Positions 52,525-64,000 of a stretch of DNA of 64,000 bases are shown piece after piece. The stretch spans positions 96,001 to 160,000 of the forward strand of contig CAWDFP010000007.1 of assembly GCA_963801605.1 (NCBI GenBank), read 5' to 3'. The translations under genes and the position numbers were made by a program. This DNA is from an uncultured candidate division Zixibacteria bacterium (GTDB lineage: Bacteria; Zixibacteria; MSB-5A5; UBA10806). Position 1 is the first letter of the stretch. Each line of letters begins with the position of its first letter. Under the pieces are notes generated by a model, which worked only from the letters and a program-made list of their open reading frames with translations, was not told the DNA's origin and did not search any database.

Positions 52525-55022
52525 CTACCGGACTACTATATTCAAAAGCTTGCCAGCAACGAATATTCTCTTCACTACCTGTTTGCCGTCGAGATATTTG
52601 GCGGTATGTTCATCTTTAAGCGCCAACTCGAACAGTTGCTCTTCTGTAATATCGACGGCAACATCAAAACTTCCGCGAAGCTTACTATTGATCTGGACTA
52701 CCATCGTAACGGTTGATAACTCAAGCGCCGCTGGATCGTATGATGGCCATTTCTGATCGAATACGCTGCCTGAGCCTCCGCCAAGATGCCAAAGCTCCTC
52801 ACCAAGATGCGGCGCGAGCGGCGCCATAATAAGAATCAGCTGTTTTAGAGCGTAATAAAACAGATCGCTTTTGGGCTTACTATCATCAATAATCTTATAT
52901 AGATCATTGACCAATTCCATATCGGCGGATATGGCGGTGTTGAAATCGAGGTTCTCGATATCCTCGGTGGCGCGCTTGATAGAAAGATTGAGCCGATGGT
53001 TTAACTGAGCGTCTTTAACCTTTATATCAGAATAAGTTAGGCGCAAATGACTGCGAAGGCCCTCAGCATTACCATGAATCAAGCGATAAACTCGTCCCAG
53101 GAAACGGGCGATACCGTTGATACCGGAATCATCCCAATCACCACCTAAGCTATAGGAACCCATGAACATCAGGTACATGCGAAAAGTATCTGAACCATAA
53201 TGGCTTACAAAGTAATCCGGGCTGATGGTATTACCGCGCGATTTGGAGATTTTAGCGCCTTTGCTGGTAATTGTGCCTTGATGCCGAAGCTTCGTGAAAG
53301 GCTCATCGAAATCGGTCAAGCCTATATCGTGCAAAAACATGCAAAAGAATCTGGCATACATCAGGTGCATTACGGCGTGTTCAGCGCCACCGATATACAT
53401 GTCAACCGGGAGCCATTTCTTAGCCAGATCGCGTCTCCAGGGGCCTTCATCGTAATCAGGATCAAGGTAACGGAGGAAATACCAGGACGAATCAACGAAT
53501 GTATCCATGGTTTCAACCTCGCGCTCGGCTGGTTGGCCACAATGTGGGCAAGTGGTATGAACGAACTCGGGCGAACGCGCCAGGGGCGATTTGCCATCAT
53601 CTGTGGGGCGGAAATCGCTGATCTCGGGCAACAGGACCGGTAGCTGATCGTCAGGAACGGCAACATCGCCGCAATTGGGGCAGACAATAATTGGAATGGG
53701 CGCTCCCCAGTAGCGTTGACGGGATATCAGCCAATCCCGAAGTTTGTAATTGATCTTGAAGTCGCCCTGGCGGTTTTTCTTGAGCTTCTCAGTAACACGC
53801 TTGACACCAATGGCAGATTCCAGACCGTCGAAATCCTCGGAGTTAACCATGTTGCCATACTCTTCATAAGCGGCTTTGCTTAAATCGAAAGATGAGCCAT
53901 CGATTGGCGCAATTACCTGCTTAATTTCAAGGCCGAATTTGGTAGCGAACTCCCAGTCGCGCTGGTCATGTCCGGGAACTGCCATAACTGCTCCGGTACC
54001 GTAGGATGCCAGCACATAATCGGCGATCCAAATCGGCAGGCGATTCCCATTGATTGGATTGATAGCATGACACCCGAGAAAGACTCCGGTTTTCTCCTTG
54101 ATAGTTGACATGCGCTCGATTTCGGACAATCGGCGGCTTTGCTCGATATAATCAGCGACGACTTTCTTTTGGCCGGGCGTTACGATTTTATCCACAAGCG
54201 GATGTTCCGGAGCCAATACGATATAAGTGACTCCGAAAAGGGTATCGGCTCGGGTGGTAAAAACCGGTATCCTCTCCCCTATTTTTTCGACTGTAAAATC
54301 AATCTCGCTGCCCTCGGAGCGACCGATCCAGTTGCGTTGCATGGCCATCGTTTTAGTTGGCCAATCGATCTTTTCAAGGCCAGCCAGAAGGCGGTCAGCG
54401 TATTCAGTTATGCGGAAAAACCATTGCTTGAGATTTTTATGAGTGATTTCGGTATCGCAGCGTTCGCAATGGCCATTGATAACCTGCTCGTTAGCCAGGA
54501 CAGTCTTGCAGGATGGGCACCAGTTGACCGGCGCTTCCTTACGGACGGCTTTACCATGCTTGAAAAGCTGGAGAAAGAGCCATTGAGTCCATTTGTAATA
54601 TTTCGGATCTGAAGTAGCCAGTTCCTTTGGACCAATCGTACATGGCGCCGATTTGCTTGAGCTGCTTTCTAATGTATTCAATATTCGACGCGGTAGATTT
54701 AGCGGGATGGATACCGGTCTTGATAGCATAATTTTCAGCAGGCAAGGCCAAAAGCGTCATATCCCATCGGCTCGAATACGGTGTAACCCTCCATTTTTTT
54801 CTTGCGGCTCCAGGTATCGGGCGGCCCGTAGGCGTACCAATGCCCGACATGAAGCTTATCGCCCGATGGATAGGAGAACATGACCAGCGAATAGAGCTTG
54901 TTCTTGGCATGCTCCAGATCGATCTGGTAGAGCTTATTATCCTCCCAGAATTTTCGCCATTTAGGTTCTATTTCGTGAAACGGATAAGATCCGGCGCCTT
55001 TCGGTTTGTTATCGTCAGACAT
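52525..55022 (-). CDS. leuS: Leucine--tRNA ligase (two +1 frameshifts at ~54746 and ~54627, probably sequencing errors)
   Basis: [51 protein letters not shown]. Confidence 0.95.
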
Positions 55023-55385
55023 TTAATAATTCCTCTGTGTTGCAGCGTCACTAATCAGCCAGTTAATGGCCCACGAGACTATTGAAATCAAAATCGAGGC
55101 CAGGATTGCCACTCCAAAATTTTGCAGTTTGAATCCCGGCACCAGGTACGATACGAGATAAAGTATCAGGCCATTTATAATAAAGATAAATAATCCAAAA
55201 CTCAAAACCGTTATAGGCAGGGTCAGGAATATTAATAACGGACGTAAAACCGCGTTAAGCAGACCCAGTAAAATCGCGGTGACAATCAGAGAAACAGGAC
55301 TATCAATTTTCACCCAGGGCAGAATATTAACCACCACGAATATCGCCAGCGCGGTTACCAGTGTTCTCAGCAGAAATCTTTTCAA
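55023..55385 (-). CDS. YvlD/DUF360-like 4-TM membrane protein (holin superfamily IV)
   Basis: LGLLNAVLRPLL...LPITVLSFGLF...NG. Confidence 0.85.
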   Translation of the reverse strand: MKRFLLRTLVTALAIFVVVNILPWVKIDSPVSLIVTAILLGLLNAVLRPLLIFLTLPITVLSFGLFIFIINGLILYLVSYLVPGFKLQNFGVAILASILISIVSWAINWLISDAATQRNY

Positions 55386-55529
55386 AAACGGCCCCTTTGT
55401 ATTAGCGATCCATTCCTACAGTAAAACCACAAAATATAATGATAGTTTCCAGGGGGCGATTTGGCAAGAAGTTAGTTATGCGTTATGAGTTATGAGTTGT
55501 GGGTTAACAGAAAATGAGGATAATTTCGA

Positions 55530-57702
55530 TTATTTCAAAAGCACCATTTTATTGGTTTCTGTCCTCTCCCCTGCCTTGAGGCGGTAGAAGTAGACTCCTG
55601 ATGGCTTGTCAACCGCATTCCAGATTATGGAATGCTCTCCGGCCTCCATGATGCCCCGATTGCAGCGTCTCAATCTTCCGGCCCAAAATATCGAAGATAT
55701 CGAGGCTGACATCGGATGATATTGGCAATGTGTATGAGATTGTGGTTTGAGCATTAAAGGGGTTGGGGTAGGATTGGGAGAGGGAAAAAGCTGTAGGTAT
55801 AAAACTTTCACGAATATCTGTTGAATTGAAATGTAAAGTCATTAAGGCATTATCAGCAGCAATATAGATATAATTATTAAAGCCACACATATTTCTTACG
55901 CCGATTGGATATTCCGTCACAGTAAATGGCGAAGCGGGATTTTCCACATTAACAGCCAGAAGATCGCTTACATAAGCCACATTGTTTTCAACGAAAATAT
56001 TGCTGAATCCCTCTATTCCAAATTCGCCAAATTCAAAAAAGCCAAGGAAATTAAAGGATGATGGGTTACTGATATCAACTATTTCCAGCGCTCCCCTCGT
56101 ATTACCCATAGGCAACGCCCTTTCAGTCGCTATATAAGCATAATTATCTTTTACAAACATATTCAATGGACAATAAGGGCTTATATGGGACGTGTATATA
56201 CCCGAAAAAATTGGATTGTGGTGATCTTCAACGTTTACAATAATAATTCTATAGCCGTATCGCGAGGCGGATTGTACTAGATAAGCATAATTGTTATTTA
56301 CATGAATACTAGCCGTAGGAATATCAAAATGGTCGGGATATGCTCCGACTCTCTGAGGATTAGTAGGATTGCTAATATCGACAATAACCATGGTATCCTG
56401 TTTCTGCAAATAGGCATAAAAACCGGATATGTCGAAACAAGCTATTCCAGTGCTGTCAAGAATTGTTCCGATTGGTTCCGGCTGATTAATATTGGAAATA
56501 TCCACTATTTTAAGGCCTGCAATATCGTCTTTAAAATAAAGGTAATTGCCTTCTATTTTGAGCCGTGCAATGGATCCATCAGTAGATAAGTTAGACACTA
56601 GAATTGGATTTTCAGAATTCGAAATATCGAAAATTTTTAATCCCAGATTACCATTTGCAACAAATAAATATTGGCCTTGAATTTGGCAATCATAAACATA
56701 ATCTGTTTCATATCTGCCACTCAAAACAGGGTTATTAGGATCACTTGGATTCAATATATAAATCCCAAGTCTTTCATGAGGAGCAAATACCATGTTCTGA
56801 TCACAGGCGACATACTGCTGATTATAAAAACTACCTGGCATCTGATAGTGGCCGCAAAGCAAAGGATTGGATAAATTGGCGATATTTACAATTTGAATTC
56901 CGTTCCTATAAGGTTCGATTCCTGCCGCAAGATAGGCATATTGGCCATTAACAGAAACATTTTCAGAGTATTCAAAAGGCGTGTTGCCCAATAAAATTGG
57001 GAGGGATGGATTGGAAATATCAAGTATTGTCAATCCTGCATTGTAATCTGCGATAAACGCGATATTTTCTCTTATCGTAATTCCGTGTGCCCCTCCGGGA
57101 GTATCATAATAGCCCAATACAAGAGGACTGAATGGGTTACTAATATCAATGGTTGCCATAAATCCATCCAACATGGAGAAAGCATAATTTCCGGAAACCG
57201 CGAGGTCGTATGGCCAGCCGGTCACCGCGCATGAGCCGGACAATGTTGGATTGGCGGGATTTGACACGTCGATTATAAGGAATCGCGAAGATAGATCTTG
57301 CGTATAAACATAATTCCCTGATACTGCGAGATGAAAACCATGAGCATGGAACGAATCATATCTTCCAACCTCAAAGGGCGATGAAGGATTTGTGACATCA
57401 ATGATATATAAATAGTCCATTAATAGATAAGCATAGTTGTTCATCAATTCTATATAGGGACCATGAACGTCCCTTTGCAAACCTGGTAAATACAGCTCAC
57501 TTAAAAGTGACGGATGGGAATAATCTGTAATGTCAATTATAACTAACCCATCATAGAATGCGCAATATGCGAAATTATCTCTTATTTTAATTTCGCTGCA
57601 TCCACTAAATAAAGCTGATGATGAATAATCCAAGCTTTGCGTAAATGATGTATTGGACAGGTATATTAATATTAAAAGTGCTAATATCGCCAGTTTTTTC
57701 AT
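55530..57702 (-). CDS. Secreted LVIVD-repeat protein with FlgD/T9SS-type C-terminal domain (frameshift at ~55655)
   Basis: Signal peptide, repeats of xAY...LxIxDISNPxxP; FSLSQSYPNPFN...IFDILGRKI...SGVYFYRL...KMVLLK; AT-rich. Confidence 0.85.
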
Positions 57703-57828
57703 TCATGCCTCCTGTTACCAGGATTAAAATGCAATCGTGATTTTATTAAGCCTAACCTGTGATGCAAGAATAACCTAAAATAATAATAACCCCATTTTTC
57801 AGATTTGCAAAGCTTTTTTTGAGGAAAA

Positions 57829-57970
57829 TCCGAGGCCCGAAAGCACCCTCGGCCTACAAGGATAATGCCTCAGGATGTCGCTGGAAAGATGCTTCCATCC
57901 TGAGGCATATAGAAAAAGCGTCAGGTTCGGGGACCTGACGCCACTTTAGCGGTCACAATAAATTGTGACA
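57829..57970. repeat. Cluster of REP-like palindromes including dispersed repeat copy 3 (57865-57908)
   Basis: CCGAGG...CCTCGGCCTAC; ATGCCTCAGGATG...CATCCTGAGGCAT; GCGTCAGGT-TCGGGG-ACCTGACGC; GTCACAAT-AA-ATTGTGAC. Confidence 0.7.
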
Positions 57971-57996
57971 CGCAGCCTTTGATACTATCTTATATT

Positions 57997-59264
57997 TTAA
58001 TCCAGCGGCGCGTAAATTCCGGAATCAACCGGACCCATCGTTACGGCGCTGAATTTATCTCTTATAAATATTTCGCGGGCGATATCGGTGATTTCGTCGG
58101 CTTTGACCGAATTAATAGATGATACGGTTTCATCGAGGCTGATATAGCGACCTGTCAATAACTCATGTTTGGCCATCCGATTCATGCGGTTGGAGGTGCT
58201 CTCCAGACCCAGCATCAAGTTTCCCTTTTGCTGTTCCTTGATTCGGGAAAGATCGTCAGCGGATAGGGGTTCATTGCAGACGCGATCGATCTCCCCCATC
58301 ACCGCCGTGATAGCCCGTTTGGCATTGTGCTTATCGGCGGCCAAATATAGGCCGAAAATACCGGTATCCTGAAAGTAATCAACATACGAAAAGACGTTGT
58401 AAGCCAGGCCCAAATTTTCTCTGACTTTTTGGAATAGCCGGGACGACATCCCTCCACCCAACAGCGAATTTAAGCAGCGATAGGGCCGCTCTGTTGGGAT
58501 CGTTGAAATCTTTGGCAGGAATACCCAGGCAGATATGAGTCTGGCTCGGTTTACGTTTGAAGACCTTCCTCAGCGGCTTGAAATTCGGACGTCTTTCTGC
58601 CATCAGGTCTTGGTTTTGCACCTGAAATGGTAAAATTCCGATGCACCAAATCCACCAAATTGTTGTGATCGATATTTCCCGAGGCTGCTAAGAGCATTCT
58701 ATCCGGACGATAGAATTTTTTCATGTGGCCGAGTATAGCCGAACGACTAAGCCCTTTGACTGAAGTGCGCGTTCCCTGTATCGGCCAGCCAAGCGCATGA
58801 TTTCCGAATAAAGCTTTGGCAAATAGATCATGCACCAGATCCGATGGCGAATCCTCGATATCTTTGATCTCCTCCAGCACAACGCTTTTTTCTTTCTCGA
58901 TCTCGCTTGCCTTTAATAGCGGATTATTGATGAGATCGAAAAGAATTTCAACTGCCAACGGCAGATGCTCATCGAGGAATCTGGCATAAAAGCAGGTTTC
59001 CTCGCGGCTGGTAAAGGCGTTAAGGACACCGCCAACAGATTCGAGACTGGAGGCTATCTGAGAAGCGTCGCGAGTCTTAGTTCCCTTGAATACCATGTGC
59101 TCGATGAAATGCGAGATACCCAGGGATGATTCAGACTCATCCCTGGAGCCAACATTAAGCCAGAGGCCCAAAGAAACCGACCTGACATGAGGAATGGCCT
59201 CGGTTATTACCTTGAGGCCATTCGGAAATACAGTTCTCTTATAGACGGAAGAATCCGCTGCCAT
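57997..59264 (-). CDS. M16 (pitrilysin-family) zinc peptidase (frameshifts at ~58575 and ~58466)
   Basis: GSRDE...GISHFIEHMVFKGT (HxxEH), NAFTSRE, GGGMSSRLFQKVRE; follows pnp. Confidence 0.92.
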
Positions 59265-59266
59265 TA

Positions 59267-61429
59267 TTAATCTCGCCTGGGACGATAGGGACGGTCCGGT
59301 CTGCGATCATTATTAGAGCGTTCCGGGCGATCATTTTGCGGCGGGCCGTCGCCGGATTTCTCCAGCAGCACTCGTCGAGAAAGCCTGACTTTGCCTTCCT
59401 GATCGATGCCGATTACCTTCACTTTGACCTCATCGCCGACATTGACAACATCCTCTACCCTGTTGACGCGGAAATTATCAAGTTCGGAGATATGCACCAG
59501 GCCATCGACATTGGGCAGAATTTCAACGAACGCGCCAAAAGCAGCGATGCGTTTGACCTTACCGATATAGACCTTATCGAGTTCGGCTTCCTCGGTAAGA
59601 GCCAGAATCCTGTCTCTGGCAGCCTCGCCAGCGACCTGATCAACCGAGGCAATGGTAACGGTGCCGTCATCCTCGATATCGATCTTAGCGCCGGTGGCCT
59701 CGATGATGCTTCTGATCATTTTACCGCCGGGTCCGATTACCTCGCCGATCTTGTCAATCGGTATCTTGATGGTGATAATTCGAGGCGCGTAGGGAGATAG
59801 CTCGGGCTTTGGCTCCGAAATCGCCTGATTCATCTTATCGAGGATATAAAGCCTACCCTGCCGGGCTTGCTCCAGGGCGGTCGACATTAGTTCGATAGTG
59901 AGTCCGCCGATTTTGATATCAAGCTGGAATGCCGTGATTCCACCGGAGGTTCCCGCAACTTTGAAATCCATATCGCCGAGGTGATCCTCAACTCCAAGAA
60001 TATCACTAAGAATGGCGCGGCGATCACCTTCCATAACAAGGCCCATAGCTATACCGGCTACAGGCGCTTTGATAGGAACGCCAGCGTCCATTAAGGCTAA
60101 CGAACCGCCGCAAACGGTCGCCATCGATGATGAACCGTTGGATTCCAGAACGTCAGAAACTATCCTGATTGTATATGGGAATTTTTCCTCGGCGGGGATA
60201 ATCGGATCGAGCGCCCGTTCCGCCAGAGCGCCGTGCCCGATTTCTCTTCGTCCCGGACCTCTGATCGGCCTGACTTCGCCAACCGAATATGATGGGAAAT
60301 TATAGTGCAGCATATAGCTCTTGAAAGATTCACCAAGAAGATCATCAATCCGCTGTTCATCCATCTTGGTTCCAAGAGTGGTGACAACCAGGGCTTGCGT
60401 TTGTCCCCTGGTAAACACGGCGGAACCGTGGGTGCGGGGCAATAAACCGATCTCGATCGAGATATCTCTGATGTCGGTTAAACCGCGGCCATCGGAACGA
60501 ATGTTCTCTCCCAAAATCATTTCACGAAGGTCGGTGCGTTCGATATCATCTATTACTTTCGTAATCGCACTTTCCGATTCTGGAAAACGCTCGGCCAGAG
60601 CCTCCTTGGTTTCTTTCTTGATGGCCTCGATGGCTTCGCCGCGAGCCTTTTTCTCTCTGATACGATTGGCGGTTTTGACCTTTGTCTCGGCCATTTCTGT
60701 TACGGCTCGAATAATCTCAACGTTGGGAACAGGCGGAGTAACCTCGGTTTTGGGTTTACCGGCTTTGGCCTTCAAATCATCAATAGCGGCTACCACTTTT
60801 TTGACATGCTCATGACCAAAGGAAAGAGCATCCACCATATCCTTTTCGGAGATTTCCTGAGCGCCACCCTCGACCATGATGATATGATCTTTGGTACCGA
60901 CGATAGTGATATTCAAATCGGATTTCTCAAGTTCTGAGAAAAGCGGATCGACTACGAAGTTACCATCGACTCGTCCCACGCGCACAGCCCCGATAGGGTT
61001 GTTGAACGGGATATCAGAAATCGATAGCGCGGCTGAGGCGCCGATGATTCCCAGGATGTCACCGTCGTTTTCCTGATCGGATGAGAGGACCTGAATCATA
61101 ATCTGGACCTCATCGGTATATCCATCAGGGAACAGCGGGCGGATAGGTCTGTCAGTCAGGCGCGCCGATAGGATTTCCTTTTCGGTGGGTCTGCCTTCAC
61201 GCTTGAAAAATCCACCGGGGATTTTTCCGGCGGCATACGATTTTTCTCTATAATCCACTGTCAGCGGAAAGAAATCCCGGGCTACAGTAGTTGGGGCGCT
61301 GGTGACGGCGGTCAGTACTATCGTATCGCCCAGACGCACCAACACAGAACCACTGGCCTGTCTGGCGACTCGTCCGGTCTCTATCGATAATGTCCGGCCA
61401 TCATCAAAGCGCAATTCTATTTTTTCCAA
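59267..61429 (-). CDS. pnp: Polyribonucleotide nucleotidyltransferase
   Basis: [35 protein letters not shown] and S1 domains. Confidence 0.99.
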   Translation of the reverse strand: MEKIELRFDDGRTLSIETGRVARQASGSVLVRLGDTIVLTAVTSAPTTVARDFFPLTVDYREKSYAAGKIPGGFFKREGRPTEKEILSARLTDRPIRPLFPDGYTDEVQIMIQVLSSDQENDGDILGIIGASAALSISDIPFNNPIGAVRVGRVDGNFVVDPLFSELEKSDLNITIVGTKDHIIMVEGGAQEISEKDMVDALSFGHEHVKKVVAAIDDLKAKAGKPKTEVTPPVPNVEIIRAVTEMAETKVKTANRIREKKARGEAIEAIKKETKEALAERFPESESAITKVIDDIERTDLREMILGENIRSDGRGLTDIRDISIEIGLLPRTHGSAVFTRGQTQALVVTTLGTKMDEQRIDDLLGESFKSYMLHYNFPSYSVGEVRPIRGPGRREIGHGALAERALDPIIPAEEKFPYTIRIVSDVLESNGSSSMATVCGGSLALMDAGVPIKAPVAGIAMGLVMEGDRRAILSDILGVEDHLGDMDFKVAGTSGGITAFQLDIKIGGLTIELMSTALEQARQGRLYILDKMNQAISEPKPELSPYAPRIITIKIPIDKIGEVIGPGGKMIRSIIEATGAKIDIEDDGTVTIASVDQVAGEAARDRILALTEEAELDKVYIGKVKRIAAFGAFVEILPNVDGLVHISELDNFRVNRVEDVVNVGDEVKVKVIGIDQEGKVRLSRRVLLEKSGDGPPQNDRPERSNNDRRPDRPYRPRRD

Positions 61430-61452
61430 TTGTTTCCTCCAGGTACCCGAGG

Positions 61453-61722
61453 TTACTTCCTCAGGTTTAGATTATCGATCAGCGCGCGATACGCCTCCAC
61501 GTCACTCTTTTTCAAGTATTCGAGAAGACGGCGGCGCTGTCCGACCATCTGCAATAGCCCGCGACGGGAATGGTGATCCTTGACATGGGCCTTGAAATGG
61601 TCCGTCAATCCGTTGATACGGGCCGTTAACAGGGCCACCTGCACTTCAACAGAACCGGTATCGGTCTCGTGCAGACGGTAATCCTTGACCAGTTTTTCCT
61701 TTTCTTCCTTTGTGAAACTCAA
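61453..61722 (-). CDS. rpsO: 30S ribosomal protein S15
   Basis: [23 protein letters not shown]. Confidence 0.99.
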   Translation of the reverse strand: MSFTKEEKEKLVKDYRLHETDTGSVEVQVALLTARINGLTDHFKAHVKDHHSRRGLLQMVGQRRRLLEYLKKSDVEAYRALIDNLNLRK

Positions 61723-62663
61723 CTTACTGCCTCCTTATTCAGCATTCTCTTCTTTATTTCTATCTCATCGTTTTTCATCTGTTCAATTAATTCGTCTTTG
61801 CCGGCAAACTTAGTTGGCGGCCTTATATAATCGATCAGGTTGACAGTGGCATGATCGGAATCGACTTTCCCGTCGAAATCAAATAGATTTATCTCAACCG
61901 AAAGCGCCATATCATTAAATGTCAGGCGCGATCCGATATAGAGCATTCCGGCATAGCTATGATCATCAAAGCGGGCGAGTCCCGAGTATACACCCTCTTT
62001 GGGCAAAAGCTTGCCGGATGGCACAGCCAGATTAATCGTGGGGTAGCCCAGAGTTTTGCCGATACCATGGCCTTTTACGATTTTGCCTGTCAGGAAATAA
62101 TCGTAACCCAAAGCCCGTTTGGCAAGTTCAAATTCCCCGGCTTTCAACAATTCTCTGATAATGGTCGATTTCACATTCTGATTATTTATACGAAATTCGG
62201 GGACAACAGTAAAATCAAAATTATCCGTTTTGGACATTTTGGCCAGAAGCTCTTTATTACCAGCCCGGTCTTTCCCGAAGGCGTGATCATATCCAATCAC
62301 CAGGGCTTTCATATTCATCTCATCGATGAGCAGTTCGCGGACAAAGGTTTCCGGAGGATATGAAGCCAATTGGCGGTTGAAATCAAGAATGACGACTGTT
62401 TCAATACCGGTAGCGGAAAGAAGATCGAGCTTTTCCTCGAGGGTGGTTAAAAGCTCGGTAGGCCCGCGCTTTCCCAGAACCGCCTGGGGATGAGGATGAA
62501 ATGTCACCAGCACCGAATGCAGTCCCCTCTCGCGGCTAACTTCCAACAAGGTGGCAATGATCTTCTTATGACCAACATGGACTCCGTCAAAGGTGCCAAG
62601 GGTGACGGCGGTATTGGTCAGATTGGTGGCTTCTAACTCAGTTAACCCGTATATGACCTTCAT
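61719..62663 (-). CDS. ribF: Bifunctional riboflavin kinase/FAD synthetase
   Basis: [33 protein letters not shown]. Confidence 0.97.
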   Translation of the reverse strand: MKVIYGLTELEATNLTNTAVTLGTFDGVHVGHKKIIATLLEVSRERGLHSVLVTFHPHPQAVLGKRGPTELLTTLEEKLDLLSATGIETVVILDFNRQLASYPPETFVRELLIDEMNMKALVIGYDHAFGKDRAGNKELLAKMSKTDNFDFTVVPEFRINNQNVKSTIIRELLKAGEFELAKRALGYDYFLTGKIVKGHGIGKTLGYPTINLAVPSGKLLPKEGVYSGLARFDDHSYAGMLYIGSRLTFNDMALSVEINLFDFDGKVDSDHATVNLIDYIRPPTKFAGKDELIEQMKNDEIEIKKRMLNKEAVS

Positions 62664-63588
62664 CTATCACCCTTACATAAGTGCCCATAACCTGAGATGG
62701 ACTTAGTTTTTCGATTGAATGCCAATTCAAATTAAGACGGGCCAAAGCCAAAACCTTTTCCTCCTCATCCAACAACAAGGATAACTCTCCCCCGTTGCCG
62801 TGATAATCGCCCTCGGTAAAATATTTCTTAACGAGAGGCCGTCCGCCAATAACCGCCCCGGCGTATTCCTCTTTAATCCTTAGCACAGGATAATCCGGTA
62901 GAGCCTCCTTAAGCGGCCGGATATAATTTTCGGGTGAGGCCGATTTCATTATCTCCTCGAGGGTATGAGCCTCGGATAAACGAAATGAACCAACTTCCAA
63001 ACGCCGTAAAGTTTTTAGATACCCCCCACATCCGATAGCAGCGCCCATTTGATGGGCCAGGCTTCTGATATAGGTGCCGGTGGAACAAGAGATATCCAAA
63101 GCTACTTCGGGCCAGGCGTAATCTATTACTTCAAGAGATGTTATTTCCACAACCTTAATGCCAGGGTTGAAAATTTTACCGTTACGGGCCAGCTTATGCA
63201 AAGTTTTTCCGCCACGTTTGGCGGCAGAATACGGCGGAATATTCTGTTCGATTTCTCCGCGATAATTATTGAGAAGCGTCTCAAATTGCTCGCGCGAGAA
63301 ATCACCCGGTTCGGTTTGGGATGTTATTTGGCCATCGGCATCATACGTATCCGTGGCAACGCCAAAATCGACGCGCGCTACGTAGCGTTTTGTCATTCCG
63401 GTCAGGAGGCTGGAGAGAAGGGTTCCCTGACCAAGGAGCATCACCAGAAGGCCGGTAGCATTGGGATCGAGTATCCCGGTATGACCAATTCGGCGTGTAT
63501 CGAGTTTACGGCGCAAATAATTAACTACATCATGTGACGTCATTCCGGCCGGCTTATCCAAGAGCATGATGCCGTTTCTAATTTCCAT
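62638..63588 (-). CDS. truB: tRNA pseudouridine(55) synthase
   Basis: DKPAGMTSHDVV, GHTGILDP, GTYIRSL; ATG 63588. Confidence 0.96.
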   Translation of the reverse strand: MEIRNGIMLLDKPAGMTSHDVVNYLRRKLDTRRIGHTGILDPNATGLLVMLLGQGTLLSSLLTGMTKRYVARVDFGVATDTYDADGQITSQTEPGDFSREQFETLLNNYRGEIEQNIPPYSAAKRGGKTLHKLARNGKIFNPGIKVVEITSLEVIDYAWPEVALDISCSTGTYIRSLAHQMGAAIGCGGYLKTLRRLEVGSFRLSEAHTLEEIMKSASPENYIRPLKEALPDYPVLRIKEEYAGAVIGGRPLVKKYFTEGDYHGNGGELSLLLDEEEKVLALARLNLNWHSIEKLSPSQVMGTYVRVIDEGHIRVN

Positions 63589-64000
63589 GAACAAACTCCG
63601 CGGCCCTGGAAATGACATCATCAACTACTTTGGACAAGGGACCAACAAGGGTAAAACCGGCAGCGTTAGTATGGCCGCCACCGTTGAATCGCTTTGCAAA
63701 TGCGGCGGCATCGAGACCGTTTTGGGAGCGGACAGATATTTTTATCTCGCCGCTTCCAACCTCCTTAAAGAGGAAGCCCAGCCGTACTCCGGCAACTCCC
63801 AGCGAAAAATCTACAAAGCCCTCAGAATCCTCCATCCGAGCCTGGGCTTGTCTGACACTTTCCTGGGTTACCAGCAAATAGCTGATCACGCCATTTTCAG
63901 CTACTTTAAGGCTACTTAAAGTCAATCCGAGCAAACGCAATGTAGCCGGGGATGCCTTGCTAAATATATTTTCGAATATTTTTTTGGGACTTGCGCCCAT
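63578..64000 (-). CDS. nrnA: DHH/DHHA1 oligoribonuclease/PAP phosphatase, C-terminal part (truncated by window)
   Basis: KISVRS...FNGGGHTNAAG DHHA1 motif; conserved position upstream of truB. Confidence 0.85.
   Translation of the reverse strand: MGASPKKIFENIFSKASPATLRLLGLTLSSLKVAENGVISYLLVTQESVRQAQARMEDSEGFVDFSLGVAGVRLGFLFKEVGSGEIKISVRSQNGLDAAAFAKRFNGGGHTNAAGFTLVGPLSKVVDDVISRAAEFVHGN

Noticed and set aside
54600..54760. Programmed frameshifting or a split leuS
   Set aside because: Two +1 indels with no slippery heptamer or stimulatory structure; the same error pattern occurs in many unrelated genes
55023..55385. Prophage inferred from a holin-family protein
   Set aside because: YvlD-like proteins are common chromosomal membrane proteins; no phage genes or integrase nearby

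Overview
A 64-kb bacterial chromosomal segment of moderate GC content, read with genetic code 11. The mix of dockerin-like, LVIVD, C25-peptidase and FlgD/T9SS-type C-terminal domains suggests an FCB-superphylum organism such as candidate Zixibacteria (inference). The housekeeping blocks are ecfT-truA-fsa-purB-psd-pssA-purS-purQ-tatA-rrf2-iscS-iscU, cutA...nrdR-tatC-omp85, hsp20-hsp20-dnaK-dnaJ, dtd-maf-smc-ftsY, and nrnA-truB-ribF-rpsO-pnp-M16-leuS on the minus strand. Gene orientation converges on a XerCD dif-like site at 52448-52475, so the window probably spans the replication terminus. The accessory region at 8.6-17.8 kb encodes three secreted proteins sharing a Cys-rich dockerin-like C-terminal module. 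They are an LVIVD-repeat protein, a Lys-gingipain-like C25 protease and an Omp28/thioredoxin-like protein. The ORF track truncates the last one: its true 5' end has an in-frame UGA in a C-U-P-S-C motif followed by a SECIS-like hairpin, making it a candidate secreted selenoprotein. Other oddities are an IscS lacking the PLP lysine, an NrdR with two ATP-cones and a zinc anti-sigma-TonB fusion. There is also a sigma54/IHF-type promoter on the chaperone operon, a 40-aa membrane peptide coupled to dnaK, several structured sRNA candidates, REP-like palindromes and a clpB remnant. Many single-base frameshifts, including two in leuS, most likely reflect sequencing or assembly error.
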